A stretch of 64,000 bases of DNA. It comes from Casimicrobium sp. (lineage in GTDB: Bacteria > Pseudomonadota > Gammaproteobacteria > Burkholderiales > Casimicrobiaceae). The stretch covers positions 9,615 through 73,614 of the forward strand of contig DAINAJ010000001.1 in NCBI GenBank assembly GCA_036733505.1, read 5' to 3'. The notes beneath the pieces are model-generated. The model worked only from the letters and a program-made list of their open reading frames with translations, was not told where the DNA came from and did no database searches. Positions 7,769 to 17,283 of the stretch are shown piece after piece. Position 1 is the stretch's first letter. The number at the start of each line of letters is the position of its first letter. The translations under genes were made by a program, and so were the position numbers.

Positions 7769-10501
7769 ATGCGTGCACTCGCAAAAGCTTTAGTCCGGCG
7801 CACCCCTAGATTGCTGGCGAGCACGACGATTGCTGCGGCTTTCGCCGGCATTGTCCAAGTGTCGCTAGCCGCGACGATCACCGTGAACACCAACAGCGCC
7901 ACGTCGAGCGCTGGGCAGTGCACGTTGATTGACGCCGTAAAGGCGGCGAATACTAATGTCGCAGTGAATGGCTGCAGCGCAGGCGCCCCTGGGGCGGACA
8001 CTATCTTGTTTACCAACAACGTAACCGTCATTAACTTCCAGGCGCCTTTGCCCGGCACCATTGACGCGCTGCGCATACATGAAGCGCTGACCATCGACGG
8101 CAACGGCGGAGCGTACAACGGCGGCGGCGCGGTCCGCATTCAGCGCGATCCTGCCGCTGCGAGCAACTTCCGACTATTCAACGCATTTGACATTGACTAC
8201 CTGACCACCTACACCAACAGCCCGACCGGCCCCGCAGTGACGTACAGAAATCTTGAGGTAGCGAGCGGCCGTGTCACGGAAGTACTCGCTTTGCTCCTCG
8301 ACCCGGCAGACACCAAAGGTGGGTGTATCGCTAACTTTGGAACGTTGTCGCTTCAGGACGTCACCGTCAGGGACTGCGGCGCGACCCCAACAAGCGGAAG
8401 TACTGGCATCGGGGGCGGAATCTACGCTGCCGACGACGTCTCCGGCACTCGTATAAATCTGTTGTCAAACGCAAGTAACAACAAAGGTGGCGGTCTGTTT
8501 GCCTCCAAGAACGTAACGCTAAGTCGCGCGTCGATTCGCGACAACTCAGTTTACGGCGCCGATGTACAGGGCGGCGGCCTCTCTGTCCAAGGCACCCTCA
8601 CGCTATCCGATGCTGCCGTCGAGGACAACCTGGCAGAAGGGACCGCGAGTGGCGCAATTGGCGGCGGCATGTGGGCCGGGGTCCTCGCCATGTCGAACAC
8701 CACAGTGCGCAACAACAAGGTGGTGGCGCTTGAAAGCGGCTTCGGTGGCGGGCTGTACTTGTTCTCCCCCAACACGACCTCGACGGTTGATCGCACGTGG
8801 ATTGCATCCAATTCGGTGCAGGCCCGCAATGCGATTGGAGGTGGCCTGATGGTCGACGGCACAAGCGCAACGACTCGCATCACCAACAGCACGATCAATG
8901 ACAACACGGTGACGAGCACCCGCACGGCGACCGACGTGGCCAAGGGGTACGGGCGTGGCGGTGGTCTTTATGTCGCAGGTGACATCGTGATCGCCAATAG
9001 CACGATCAGCGGCAACGCGGTGCCAGGTGGACTAGGTGGAGGGGTGTTTCATTGGGGCACCAGAACCGCTGCAGGCGATGGCAACAAAATCTACAACAGC
9101 ACTATCAGCGGCAATAGCGGTCTCAAGGGTGGCGGCGTGTACATCTGTGATTCCAACGGCGGCTCCGTGAGTTTAGATTTTGAGGTCATCTGTGCAGATG
9201 CTTCAGCATTGGCGGTCGCGATTGAAAGCAGCATCGTTTACGGCAACCCAGGCTTTGACCTCTATTCGCCGCTGGCAACACCGACTTCCGGCGCAAACAA
9301 CATTTACAACACTAGCCACAACGTCGCAATTACGGGCAGCCAAACCTGCAACCCTCAACTCGCCCCGTTGGGTGACAACAATGCCGGCACAATTTTCCCT
9401 TCGTCCACCGGAGTGATTCCAACGCGCGCGATCAGCCCGACGTCCTGCGCGGTTGATCAGGGTAACAATGTGTACGGCGCAACTACCGATCAACGCGGTG
9501 CACCTTTCGCTCGGGTACGCGGTGCCGCAGCCGACGTAGGGGCATTTGAGGCAGCTCCCCGTCCCACAGTGACGCTCAACAAAGTTATTGTCGGCACGCC
9601 ACCCGATAGCGGACGCTTCAACTTGAGCATCAGCGGCGGCAACCCCACAGGAGGCGTGAATCCCGCCAACAACGTTGGCAACGGCGGTACAACCGGCGCC
9701 GTTTCTGTCGATGACGGCGCACTGATAACACTTTCTGAAACAGCCGCCGCTGGAAGCAGCCTCGGCAACTACTACGTCACCTTACAGTGCGCGGGCGAGT
9801 CGGGCGTACTTGTTGGACCGAGTTGGTCGTATCAGCTCGGTACTACCCCGCCCGGTGAAGCTCCGAAGAACCTCATCTGCACATTCTTCAATCGCACCAA
9901 GGTTCCCGTCAACGCACTGCTTAGTGGCAACGGTGCCGGTACCGTAAAGAGCGATCTCTTCGGTTTGAGCAATTCGTCCCAGATCAACTGCGGCGCCACC
10001 TGCAGCGAAACCTTCGGTGCGGGCATTCCAATCACGCTGACGGCGACACCACTACCGGGTTCGTATTTTGTAGGCTGGTCGGGCGGCGGATGCACGGGCA
10101 CCGGTAGTTGCGTTGTGACGCCACTGGCAGCAACTACGGTCACTGCGCTATTCAACCTGATTCCGCGACTCACGGTCACGCGAATCGGCGCGGGTACAGG
10201 CAGTGTGCGCTCCGACCTCGCGGGCATTGATTGCGGCGCAAACTGTTCCGCCAACTTCACGGTCGGTACGACAGTGACTTTGACAGCTACGCCACAACCT
10301 GGCTCCATTTTTGTCGGTTGGTCGGGCGGCACATGCACGGGTATCGGGCAGTGCAGTGTGTCAATGAGCGCCGCGCAAAACATCACCGCACAGTTTGAGC
10401 CTGTTCAAATTCCGACACTTAGTGCGCTCGGCCGCATGGCGCTGCCGCTGCTCTTGATGCTTGTCGCGTTCGCGTTCAGCAGCGCACGGCGACGCGGGTA
10501 A
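7769..10501 (+). CDS. Large surface protein: CSLREA-like N-terminus, beta-helix, choice-of-anchor-Q-like domain, two Cys-containing bacterial (InlB-B-like) repeats, IPTL-CTERM sorting signal
   Basis: Signal peptide; ATITVN...CTLIDAV; GGG[ILV]Y repeats; TDQRG...ADVGAFE; two CG..CS..F..GT.VTLTATP..GS.FVGWSGG.C repeats; tail QIPTLS + TM + RRRG. Confidence 0.85.
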   Translation: MRALAKALVRRTPRLLASTTIAAAFAGIVQVSLAATITVNTNSATSSAGQCTLIDAVKAANTNVAVNGCSAGAPGADTILFTNNVTVINFQAPLPGTIDALRIHEALTIDGNGGAYNGGGAVRIQRDPAAASNFRLFNAFDIDYLTTYTNSPTGPAVTYRNLEVASGRVTEVLALLLDPADTKGGCIANFGTLSLQDVTVRDCGATPTSGSTGIGGGIYAADDVSGTRINLLSNASNNKGGGLFASKNVTLSRASIRDNSVYGADVQGGGLSVQGTLTLSDAAVEDNLAEGTASGAIGGGMWAGVLAMSNTTVRNNKVVALESGFGGGLYLFSPNTTSTVDRTWIASNSVQARNAIGGGLMVDGTSATTRITNSTINDNTVTSTRTATDVAKGYGRGGGLYVAGDIVIANSTISGNAVPGGLGGGVFHWGTRTAAGDGNKIYNSTISGNSGLKGGGVYICDSNGGSVSLDFEVICADASALAVAIESSIVYGNPGFDLYSPLATPTSGANNIYNTSHNVAITGSQTCNPQLAPLGDNNAGTIFPSSTGVIPTRAISPTSCAVDQGNNVYGATTDQRGAPFARVRGAAADVGAFEAAPRPTVTLNKVIVGTPPDSGRFNLSISGGNPTGGVNPANNVGNGGTTGAVSVDDGALITLSETAAAGSSLGNYYVTLQCAGESGVLVGPSWSYQLGTTPPGEAPKNLICTFFNRTKVPVNALLSGNGAGTVKSDLFGLSNSSQINCGATCSETFGAGIPITLTATPLPGSYFVGWSGGGCTGTGSCVVTPLAATTVTALFNLIPRLTVTRIGAGTGSVRSDLAGIDCGANCSANFTVGTTVTLTATPQPGSIFVGWSGGTCTGIGQCSVSMSAAQNITAQFEPVQIPTLSALGRMALPLLLMLVAFAFSSARRRG

Positions 10502-10580
10502 TCACGCTCAATCTCACATCAACATTCGCTGCGAATCAAACATCCGCGGCACATCAGTTCAAATTAACAGGGGCTTAGCC

Positions 10581-12875
10581 ATGAAGCGGTTACAACGCGC
10601 AATAACGACAGGAATTTTTAGTGGGGTCGCACTAGCGGCAAGCTTAAATGCTGCCACCATCACAGTGAACAACACAGGCGACGGCAGCGTCGCAGGGCAA
10701 TGCACCCTGCGCGACGCGATTGACGCGGCCAACACCAACGGTCCCGTGTCCGGATGTGTGGCGGGCAGCGCTGGCGCGGACACAATCGTCTTCAGCTTGC
10801 CCAGCAACAGTGTCATCATGATGGGTAACAATAGCTTCGACTACTGGATCACAGAGTCGCTAACCATCGACGGTGGTGCCGCGTCAGGACTGGTGATCGA
10901 CGGCAACCGTAACAATCGCACGAAGCGCATATTCCGTGCAGACACGGGCAACAACGTTGCGCCGGGTATCGCGTTGAGCATCAGCAATATCACTTTACGC
11001 AACGCCACTATCGGCGCTGCCGAGCCCACGACATTAGGCGGCGGTGGTATTTACGGCAAAGCGCTACAAAGCTTGACGCTCAATAACGTTGTGATCGACG
11101 GCACCGATGCGGCAGCAGGTGCGGGCGGTTGCATCAGCGTTCACGACACACCGACGGTAACTCTCACCTACACGTCGCTGCAAAACTGCGCCGCGCGCGA
11201 TGGCGGCGGGCTCAACGTGAGCAATCCGAATGCGCCTACGTTGATAAATACCATCAACATTTCCGGCTCACGATTTACCGATAACGCGGTTCCGTATCGG
11301 GGCGGAGCAATTAACTTGCAATTCCTCCAGAGTACCGTCCTGAACGTTTCGGAGAGCTACTTCGCTCGCAATGCCAGCCGTTACACGGGTGCCGCGTTGG
11401 CCTCCGAGGTCACCGGCAGCGCTGTATTCAATATTGCGGACAGCACATTTGAAAATAACACCACCGTGTCCAGCCAGTCCACCGGCGGCACTCTATACAT
11501 TGCTGGCGACGGCGGCATGTCGCTAACTATCAACCGAAGCACATTCACCGGAAATCTCAGCGACACGCAGAGCGGAGCCCTCGTTTTCGCCGCTGGCAGC
11601 TACACCGTCAATCAGAGCACGCTCAGCGGCAACCGCATCATCGGCGGCGTAGGCGGCGGAGGCGGAATTTCCATCTTCAACGGGACACTCTATCTCAACA
11701 ACAGCACGCTTACCGGCAACGCCGCGCCGAGCGAAAACTTTCATCGCGGCGGAGGTGCCCTGTACATCGGCGACGGCGGCATCGCGCACATTCGGAGCAG
11801 CATTCTCGCCAACAGTATCAATGGTGCGTTCATGCCAGTGAATCCCGCCTATGACATCACGCGTTACCCTGGCACGCCCAGCACCAATGCGCTCAACATC
11901 AGCAATAGCCTGGTTCGCAGCATCGAGCCCGGAGCAATCACTGGCACCGACTCGGCCAATCTGTTCGGTGTCGACCCGCTGCTCGGGCCGTTAACCAGCA
12001 ACGGCGGGCTAACACAAACTCACGCCCTGCTCGCCAATAGCCCGGCACTGAACACGGGGAGCAATCCGCTCGGCTTCACCACCGATCAGCGCGCATTCAA
12101 CTACCCACGCGTCAACGGCGCTGCCGCTGACATCGGCGCAGTCGAAATGCCCACCCGTCCCACGATCACCGTGAAGACGGTGATCGTGGGCACGCCGCCC
12201 GGCAGCGGCCTCTTCGTGCTCTCGGTGACGGGCGCCAATGCAACTGGCGGTAGCAACCCCACAGGAGCGGTCGGCAACAACGGTAGTACCGGAGCGGTGA
12301 CCGTTGATGAGGGCGGCACCTTCACCGTGGCGCAGACCGCCGCCGCGGGTGAACTACTCACCAACTACACGACCTCGTTTACGTGCATCGACGCCTTCAA
12401 TAACAGTTGGTACGCAGTTACCAACGGCGTCAACAGCGTGACGATGTCCACCCCGCTCAGCGGTGTGCAAGGTGCACGAACGATCACCTGCACGTTCACC
12501 AACACCGCAAAACCAACGCTCACCGTCAGCCGAGTCGGCACCGGTGGCGGAACGGTGAGCAGCAGCCCAGCAGGTATCAATTGTGGCGCGACCTGCTCAT
12601 CCGTATTCCCTGCGGACACTCCGGTGACGCTTACGGCCAACGCGTCGCCCGGCTCTACCTTCATCGGGTGGGTCGGCGGTGGCTGTAGCGGTACGAACGC
12701 ATGCGTAGTCACTTTTGCAAGTGCCGTCGCGGTTTCCGCGCGATTCGAACTTACCATCCAGCCACCCGCAGTGGCCGTGCCCGCTCTGAGTGCTGTTAGT
12801 CACGCACTGCTACTGCTGCTCCTCGCCGGCGCAGGTCTGGCTGGTTTTGCCATATCCCGCAAACATAAGTTCTAG
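10581..12875 (+). CDS. Paralogous surface protein (CSLREA-like, choice-of-anchor-Q-like, one bacterial repeat, IPTL-like CTERM)
   Basis: ATITVNN...CTLRDAI; LGPLTSNGGLTQTHALLANSPALNTG; TDQR...ADIGAVE; tail VPALS + TM + RKHK. Confidence 0.85.
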   Translation: MKRLQRAITTGIFSGVALAASLNAATITVNNTGDGSVAGQCTLRDAIDAANTNGPVSGCVAGSAGADTIVFSLPSNSVIMMGNNSFDYWITESLTIDGGAASGLVIDGNRNNRTKRIFRADTGNNVAPGIALSISNITLRNATIGAAEPTTLGGGGIYGKALQSLTLNNVVIDGTDAAAGAGGCISVHDTPTVTLTYTSLQNCAARDGGGLNVSNPNAPTLINTINISGSRFTDNAVPYRGGAINLQFLQSTVLNVSESYFARNASRYTGAALASEVTGSAVFNIADSTFENNTTVSSQSTGGTLYIAGDGGMSLTINRSTFTGNLSDTQSGALVFAAGSYTVNQSTLSGNRIIGGVGGGGGISIFNGTLYLNNSTLTGNAAPSENFHRGGGALYIGDGGIAHIRSSILANSINGAFMPVNPAYDITRYPGTPSTNALNISNSLVRSIEPGAITGTDSANLFGVDPLLGPLTSNGGLTQTHALLANSPALNTGSNPLGFTTDQRAFNYPRVNGAAADIGAVEMPTRPTITVKTVIVGTPPGSGLFVLSVTGANATGGSNPTGAVGNNGSTGAVTVDEGGTFTVAQTAAAGELLTNYTTSFTCIDAFNNSWYAVTNGVNSVTMSTPLSGVQGARTITCTFTNTAKPTLTVSRVGTGGGTVSSSPAGINCGATCSSVFPADTPVTLTANASPGSTFIGWVGGGCSGTNACVVTFASAVAVSARFELTIQPPAVAVPALSAVSHALLLLLLAGAGLAGFAISRKHKF

Positions 12876-12890
12876 CTTTTCATTCGATTG

Positions 12891-12919
12891 AAAAAGAGGC
12901 CGTTCAATCTGAACGGCTT
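12891..12919 (-). terminator. Probable intrinsic terminator between convergent genes
   Basis: Hairpin GCCGTTCA-GAT-TGAACGGC followed by CTCTTTTT on the minus strand. Confidence 0.55.
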
Positions 12920-13061
12920 GCATAGCGGGCATCTCGCTACGCGTTGTCTAAATGCGTTTGTCTCCACAAAAGCGAGCGCTGCGGAGACTGTAAAAGGCGT
13001 CGTCAACAACAAACACTGCCACCGGCGGTTGGCTGCGCGAGTATCTCGTTCGAAATGGCGT

Positions 13062-14705
13062 CTAAGCCTGCCACTCAACGCGATCTCCGCCAACCTGCTT
13101 GGCCTGTCGCTGCAATGCTTCGGCACGAGCAAAGAATGTGTCGGCGCGTTCACCTGTGCGCAATGCACTGAGGCCAACGCTCACAGTCACTGCCGCGTGT
13201 GGCGCGTCTGCTATGGACAAAGGCTTAACCTCTGCCAACCTCGCACGCACGTACGCACATGCCTCTATCGCCTGCGCCAACGACGACTCCGGCAGCAAAA
13301 CCGCATATTCGTGTTCCCCGATGCGCGCAACATAGTCACTGCTCAAGCGGTCGCGACGCAATATCTCCGCTAGCAGTACCGCGATTTCGTGGCTCGCCCA
13401 TTTTGTTGCAGTCGATACCATCGCCTCCAGGTCGTCGACAGCGATAAGCGCAACAACGAGCGGTCTCTGAAAGCGGTCTGCCCGCGCGACCTCAACAGCC
13501 AAAGCCTCCTTGAACGCTTTGCGATTCAATAGCCCAGTCAACACGTCTTTACGCAGGGCGCCTTTCAGCTCCACCGCCAATTTTTCTTTCTCGATGGTTA
13601 CGTCGTGCAGTTCCCGTTGCGTCTTGCTCAAGCGCACCGCCACCTCGCGTAAGGTCTCGGCTTCGCACGTCGCCTGTACAGCTTCCCGCCTCGCTCGTTC
13701 GGCCGCGAGCCGAGCGGCAGCGGTAGAGGCCTGCAACATGGCCTGCTCACGTCGAAGCTGTTCTTCCAAGACGTTCGCGCGAGTCAGCCCTTCAAAAGCC
13801 CTGCGGAAGTCTCCAGCCGCAGCGTGCATGTCGCTCATCGCAATCAACAGCTCTTTCTGTTCGCGACGCGCCCCCGCGGCCACGGCCATGCGAAGCGCTT
13901 CAGCGTAACAACCGTTCGCGTCAGCGTAGCGTGTCTCTAGCGTCGCAATCTGTCCACGCAGCAGCCACACTTCAATTTGTCCAAAGTGGTCGCCCGCGTC
14001 AATGATTGGCTGCGCGCGCGCCAAAGTCTCCGTTGCCCGTATGGCATTTTTTTCGGCGAGGTCGATGCGCACCAGATTTAGCAGAGCCGCTCCCGCCGCA
14101 CGGTGGTGCCGTGCGTGCGCAAGGTTGATCGCCTCTTCTAGCAACTCACGACCTCGCTTCAAATTTCCGGCAAGCTCACACACGTGGCCAAAATTTACCC
14201 GCACGCGGGCTTGCTCAATAGGATTTTTTTGCTCGTCCACCAATGCCAACGCCTCAGACAAAACCGTTGTGGCGCCGACCAAATCTCGCCGACGAGTCCA
14301 GATAACGCCGAGGTTGTTGAGGCAACGCGCGAGCCCCGGTCGATCATCAAGCAGCGCAAAACTATCTCGTGCGCGCTCAATCATCTGCAAAGCGGCGACG
14401 TCATCGCCCGCGAAGTCGTACACCCACGCCAGTCGCCGCTCCAAACACGCGACGATCCATCGCTCATCGCGCGCTTCGGCCACTTCGAGCGCCTCCAAGA
14501 GCGGAGTGATCGCGAGTGCATAACGGCCCGACACAATGAGCTCTGCGTCCAATAGTTGTTCAACGTCTCTAAATTCGTCCGCGCTTCCCGACTTGGCGAC
14601 CGTGGCTACGGCCGCGAGAACTGGTGACAACGCTCGACCGGGACGTTCAAGCGCGGACGCGTGCGCGCGGCGTAAAGCCTCCGAAGTGTGAGTCCGTGCG
14701 TTCAT
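13062..14705 (-). CDS. TPR-repeat protein with degenerate GGDEF domain (probably catalytically inactive)
   Basis: TPR repeats (ARCLNNLGVIW, RVNFGHVCE); DVLTGLLNRKAF; signature reads ARIGEHEY rather than GG[DE]EF; DxDxFKxxND lost. Confidence 0.8.
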   Translation of the reverse strand: MNARTHTSEALRRAHASALERPGRALSPVLAAVATVAKSGSADEFRDVEQLLDAELIVSGRYALAITPLLEALEVAEARDERWIVACLERRLAWVYDFAGDDVAALQMIERARDSFALLDDRPGLARCLNNLGVIWTRRRDLVGATTVLSEALALVDEQKNPIEQARVRVNFGHVCELAGNLKRGRELLEEAINLAHARHHRAAGAALLNLVRIDLAEKNAIRATETLARAQPIIDAGDHFGQIEVWLLRGQIATLETRYADANGCYAEALRMAVAAGARREQKELLIAMSDMHAAAGDFRRAFEGLTRANVLEEQLRREQAMLQASTAAARLAAERARREAVQATCEAETLREVAVRLSKTQRELHDVTIEKEKLAVELKGALRKDVLTGLLNRKAFKEALAVEVARADRFQRPLVVALIAVDDLEAMVSTATKWASHEIAVLLAEILRRDRLSSDYVARIGEHEYAVLLPESSLAQAIEACAYVRARLAEVKPLSIADAPHAAVTVSVGLSALRTGERADTFFARAEALQRQAKQVGGDRVEWQA

Positions 14706-14881
14706 GTCGGCATTTACGCGCCGAAGGACAAAACAAGCAAAGCAAAATGCGCAAAACACTTCGCGAATCGTCCATCTCGCGCAATTCGCGACGGGTTCGC
14801 TTGTGACGCGTTAACCCTGGCGCGCGGCGGCAGCGACGAACAACAGATTGAGAAGCTCCGCGGTCACGAGCCCGTCCGCGA

Positions 14882-15014
14882 CCGGGGCGAAGCCGCGGCG
14901 GGTGCTTTTCCAAACCAACGCTTGCACGAGTCGGTTGTAAATGGCTGCTTGTCCGCGGCGTCAGTAATTAAGCAAGCGAATGGAAAAAGCACGCGCCAGA
15001 GTTTCAACTTTCAT
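14882..15014 (-). pseudogene. Decayed duplicate of the 5' end of the FAD-linked oxidase gene (3594-3722)
   Basis: MKVETLARAFSIRL [4-bp insertion] ITDAADKQPFTTDSCKRWFGKAPAAASP versus intact MNIETLANSFSGRL ITDAADMEPFTTDWRKRWVGTALAVALP. Confidence 0.85.
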
Positions 15015-15106
15015 CCCGAAGTACATAAGCCTCGGCGTTACAGTCGAACGAGCCTTTTACCGCGTCACAACGCGGCGCAGAGCGTCATCCGAAAGCGCAG
15101 GAGCGG

Positions 15107-15550
15107 CTACTTTATGCGCTGGCAGGTCAGCGAATAGGACGTGTTGTGCCTAGCCGTGCCAGAGTTGACCACCGACGTGTAGAACGTGTAGTCGCCTTCA
15201 GTCGATTCGCTACGGTCTTCGCGCAACGAAAGCTGCGCAGTAAGGTCAACCGAGTTAAAAACGCCCACGTCATTGAAGTATGCGATCTTCACGGTCGACA
15301 CACCTTGCTTTTTTGTAGTTGTGGCATCAAAAAACTTGAAGCGCGTAAACGTCGAAAAGTCGTCCGAGAACGGCGTTACCGTATCGACCACGAAACTGTT
15401 TTGATATGACTCGCGCAGCACGCCGTTCAATGTGTAATTGACCGTTACGGTGCAGCCAACGGGATCGTTCTGTGCCGCGTGCGATACGGCGGGTGCGAAT
15501 AGACCGACGGCAGACAAGGTCGCGAACGCGATTTTTTTGATACTCGACAT
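15107..15550 (-). CDS. Secreted hypothetical beta-rich protein
   Basis: SD AGGAG; signal peptide ending SHA; Cys near both ends of the mature chain. Confidence 0.7.
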   Translation of the reverse strand: MSSIKKIAFATLSAVGLFAPAVSHAAQNDPVGCTVTVNYTLNGVLRESYQNSFVVDTVTPFSDDFSTFTRFKFFDATTTKKQGVSTVKIAYFNDVGVFNSVDLTAQLSLREDRSESTEGDYTFYTSVVNSGTARHNTSYSLTCQRIK

Positions 15551-15671
15551 GTGATGCTCCTGAGTGTGTAAAGAAGAGAGACAGATTCAGCGCACGTTCT
15601 CACAGAGCTACCACCACGAATAAAAATACCTAGTGCAACAAAAAGAAGCGCATCGCTGCAAAACGCAACAC

Positions 15672-16571
15672 CTAAGCGCGCGCACTCAAGTAAAAGCCCA
15701 TCGCCAACAGCACGGGCGTCAACAAATTCACGATCACGCTGAGTCGCATCGCCGGCAGCAACGCGGGCACATCATCGGCGTTGTCGCGCGCACCGCGCCA
15801 CGCGGCGAACGCTAGCGGCAGAGTGAGCATCGCCAACAGGCTCATTGCGGGTAATACGGCCAACAGCACGCCAGCGACCAGAACCATGTAGGCGCACACC
15901 ATCAGTGTGCCGTACAAGACGCTGCTGGCCCGACGACCATGCGTAATCGGATAGTTTTTTCGGCCCACTGCGCGGTCGGCTTCGACGTCGGGAAACTGGT
16001 TCAACAGCAGCAAATCACTCACGAGAAATGCAGGACACAACGACGCCACAAATGCAGTCGTTGAGTAAGTACCGGTTAACGCAAAGTGCGTTCCCATCAC
16101 CATGAACACACCGATGCCAAGTCCCGGCGCGATGAGGCACATAAGCGCGTTGTGCGCCCACCACGGCGTGTACGTCACGACGAGTATCAAACCCATCGCC
16201 CCAAGGGGCAGCAGTCCCCAGCCGCGCAAATTCATGATGTACATCCCGATCACGGCGGCAACGATCAGTGTGGCGCACGCCATCCACAGCGTCGCCCGAG
16301 CCAAGGCTGGCTGCGCGGGAAGTGTTCCGCTGCCGCCGCTAAAGGGTGTGCGCTGCGTCATCGCGTCGAGTCCGCTTTTGAAATCGAAGTACTCGTTGAA
16401 TGCGTTCACACTCGCGTGACTCGCCACAGCGCCAACGAGCACGAGGAACGCCAGCCACGGATTCACGTGCCCGGTTTCCCAGTACGCGGTACCAACGCCC
16501 ACCGCGACGGACGCGGGAGTCAGCAACAAAAACGGAAGCCGCAAAGGGCCGAGGAGGAGCGAGATGCGCAA
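15672..16571 (-). CDS. UbiA-superfamily prenyltransferase (MenA/UBIAD1-like)
   Basis: NAFNEYFDFKSGLD, TPFSGGSG, NQFPDVEADRAVGRK; multiple TM helices. Confidence 0.85.
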   Translation of the reverse strand: MRISLLLGPLRLPFLLLTPASVAVGVGTAYWETGHVNPWLAFLVLVGAVASHASVNAFNEYFDFKSGLDAMTQRTPFSGGSGTLPAQPALARATLWMACATLIVAAVIGMYIMNLRGWGLLPLGAMGLILVVTYTPWWAHNALMCLIAPGLGIGVFMVMGTHFALTGTYSTTAFVASLCPAFLVSDLLLLNQFPDVEADRAVGRKNYPITHGRRASSVLYGTLMVCAYMVLVAGVLLAVLPAMSLLAMLTLPLAFAAWRGARDNADDVPALLPAMRLSVIVNLLTPVLLAMGFYLSARA

Positions 16572-16699
16572 GCGTGTCTTTCAAAATTGTGTCGTCACTA
16601 TTTTCCAGCCGCGACTGCGGTTGGCGCAGCACATGACTCTTGGCTTTGCGTTGGGTCAACGCGCCGCTTCGCCACAATCGCCTTCACGCCACGCCAGCC

Positions 16700-16917
16700 C
16701 CGCCACTTCGCGAGCCACCGATAGCCGTTAGTCAAATTCGCTTCACCGATCTTGCGGCCGTCGAGCAAACCACACTCATGCACGAGATCACGCCCAGCCG
16801 CGCGGTGGATTGCACCGTCCACACCGCCCCCACCGAGCAACGATGAATTCGCAACGTTGATGATGGTGTCGACTGGAGTTTGGTTATGTCGGATCAGTGG
16901 GCACTGAACAGGCTCAT
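16700..16917 (-). pseudogene. Macrodomain O-acetyl-ADP-ribose deacetylase (YmdB-like) pseudogene fragment
   Basis: MSLFSAH*SDITKL [frameshift] [34 protein letters not shown]...[10 protein letters not shown]; in-frame stop, frameshift and truncation. Confidence 0.85.
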
Positions 16918-16972
16918 CGCTCGGCCAATGGGTGTTACTGCATTGACGTCGAAGAACCGAAAATCCAACCCG

Positions 16973-17251
16973 CTATTTGGGGCGTTTTCGCCACGCAACG
17001 TAAAGCTCGCCAAACGATTCAATGATCGTCCAAGCTACAAGTCCTTTAGCAACACCGCTGTACCATGGTGCTGTTAGCACAGCACCCGCAATCATGAACA
17101 GACTGGGCAAAAGTGGAAAGTTCATTGCGCCGCTTGCTAGATTCATCGCAAGCACCATTGTGCAAATCGCGGTGCCAGACCAGAAGAGCCAATTCACATC
17201 CGCCATCCCACCCAGCGCAGACGCTAGCGCGCCACTCGCAGTGAAAGCCAA
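16973..17251 (-). CDS. Small hypothetical membrane protein (start uncertain)
   Basis: Hydrophobic ORF with about 3 TM segments; no good start or SD, may be 5'-truncated. Confidence 0.4.
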   Translation of the reverse strand: MAFTASGALASALGGMADVNWLFWSGTAICTMVLAMNLASGAMNFPLLPSLFMIAGAVLTAPWYSGVAKGLVAWTIIESFGELYVAWRKRPK

Positions 17252-17283
17252 GACTGAATTCCTAGTAAGTATTGACGCAATGA

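Noticed and set aside
7402..8139. N-terminal extension of the 445-aa track ORF 6802..8139
   Set aside because: It is the antisense shadow of the surface-protein gene plus intergenic DNA; the DsbA-like protein starts at ATG 7401
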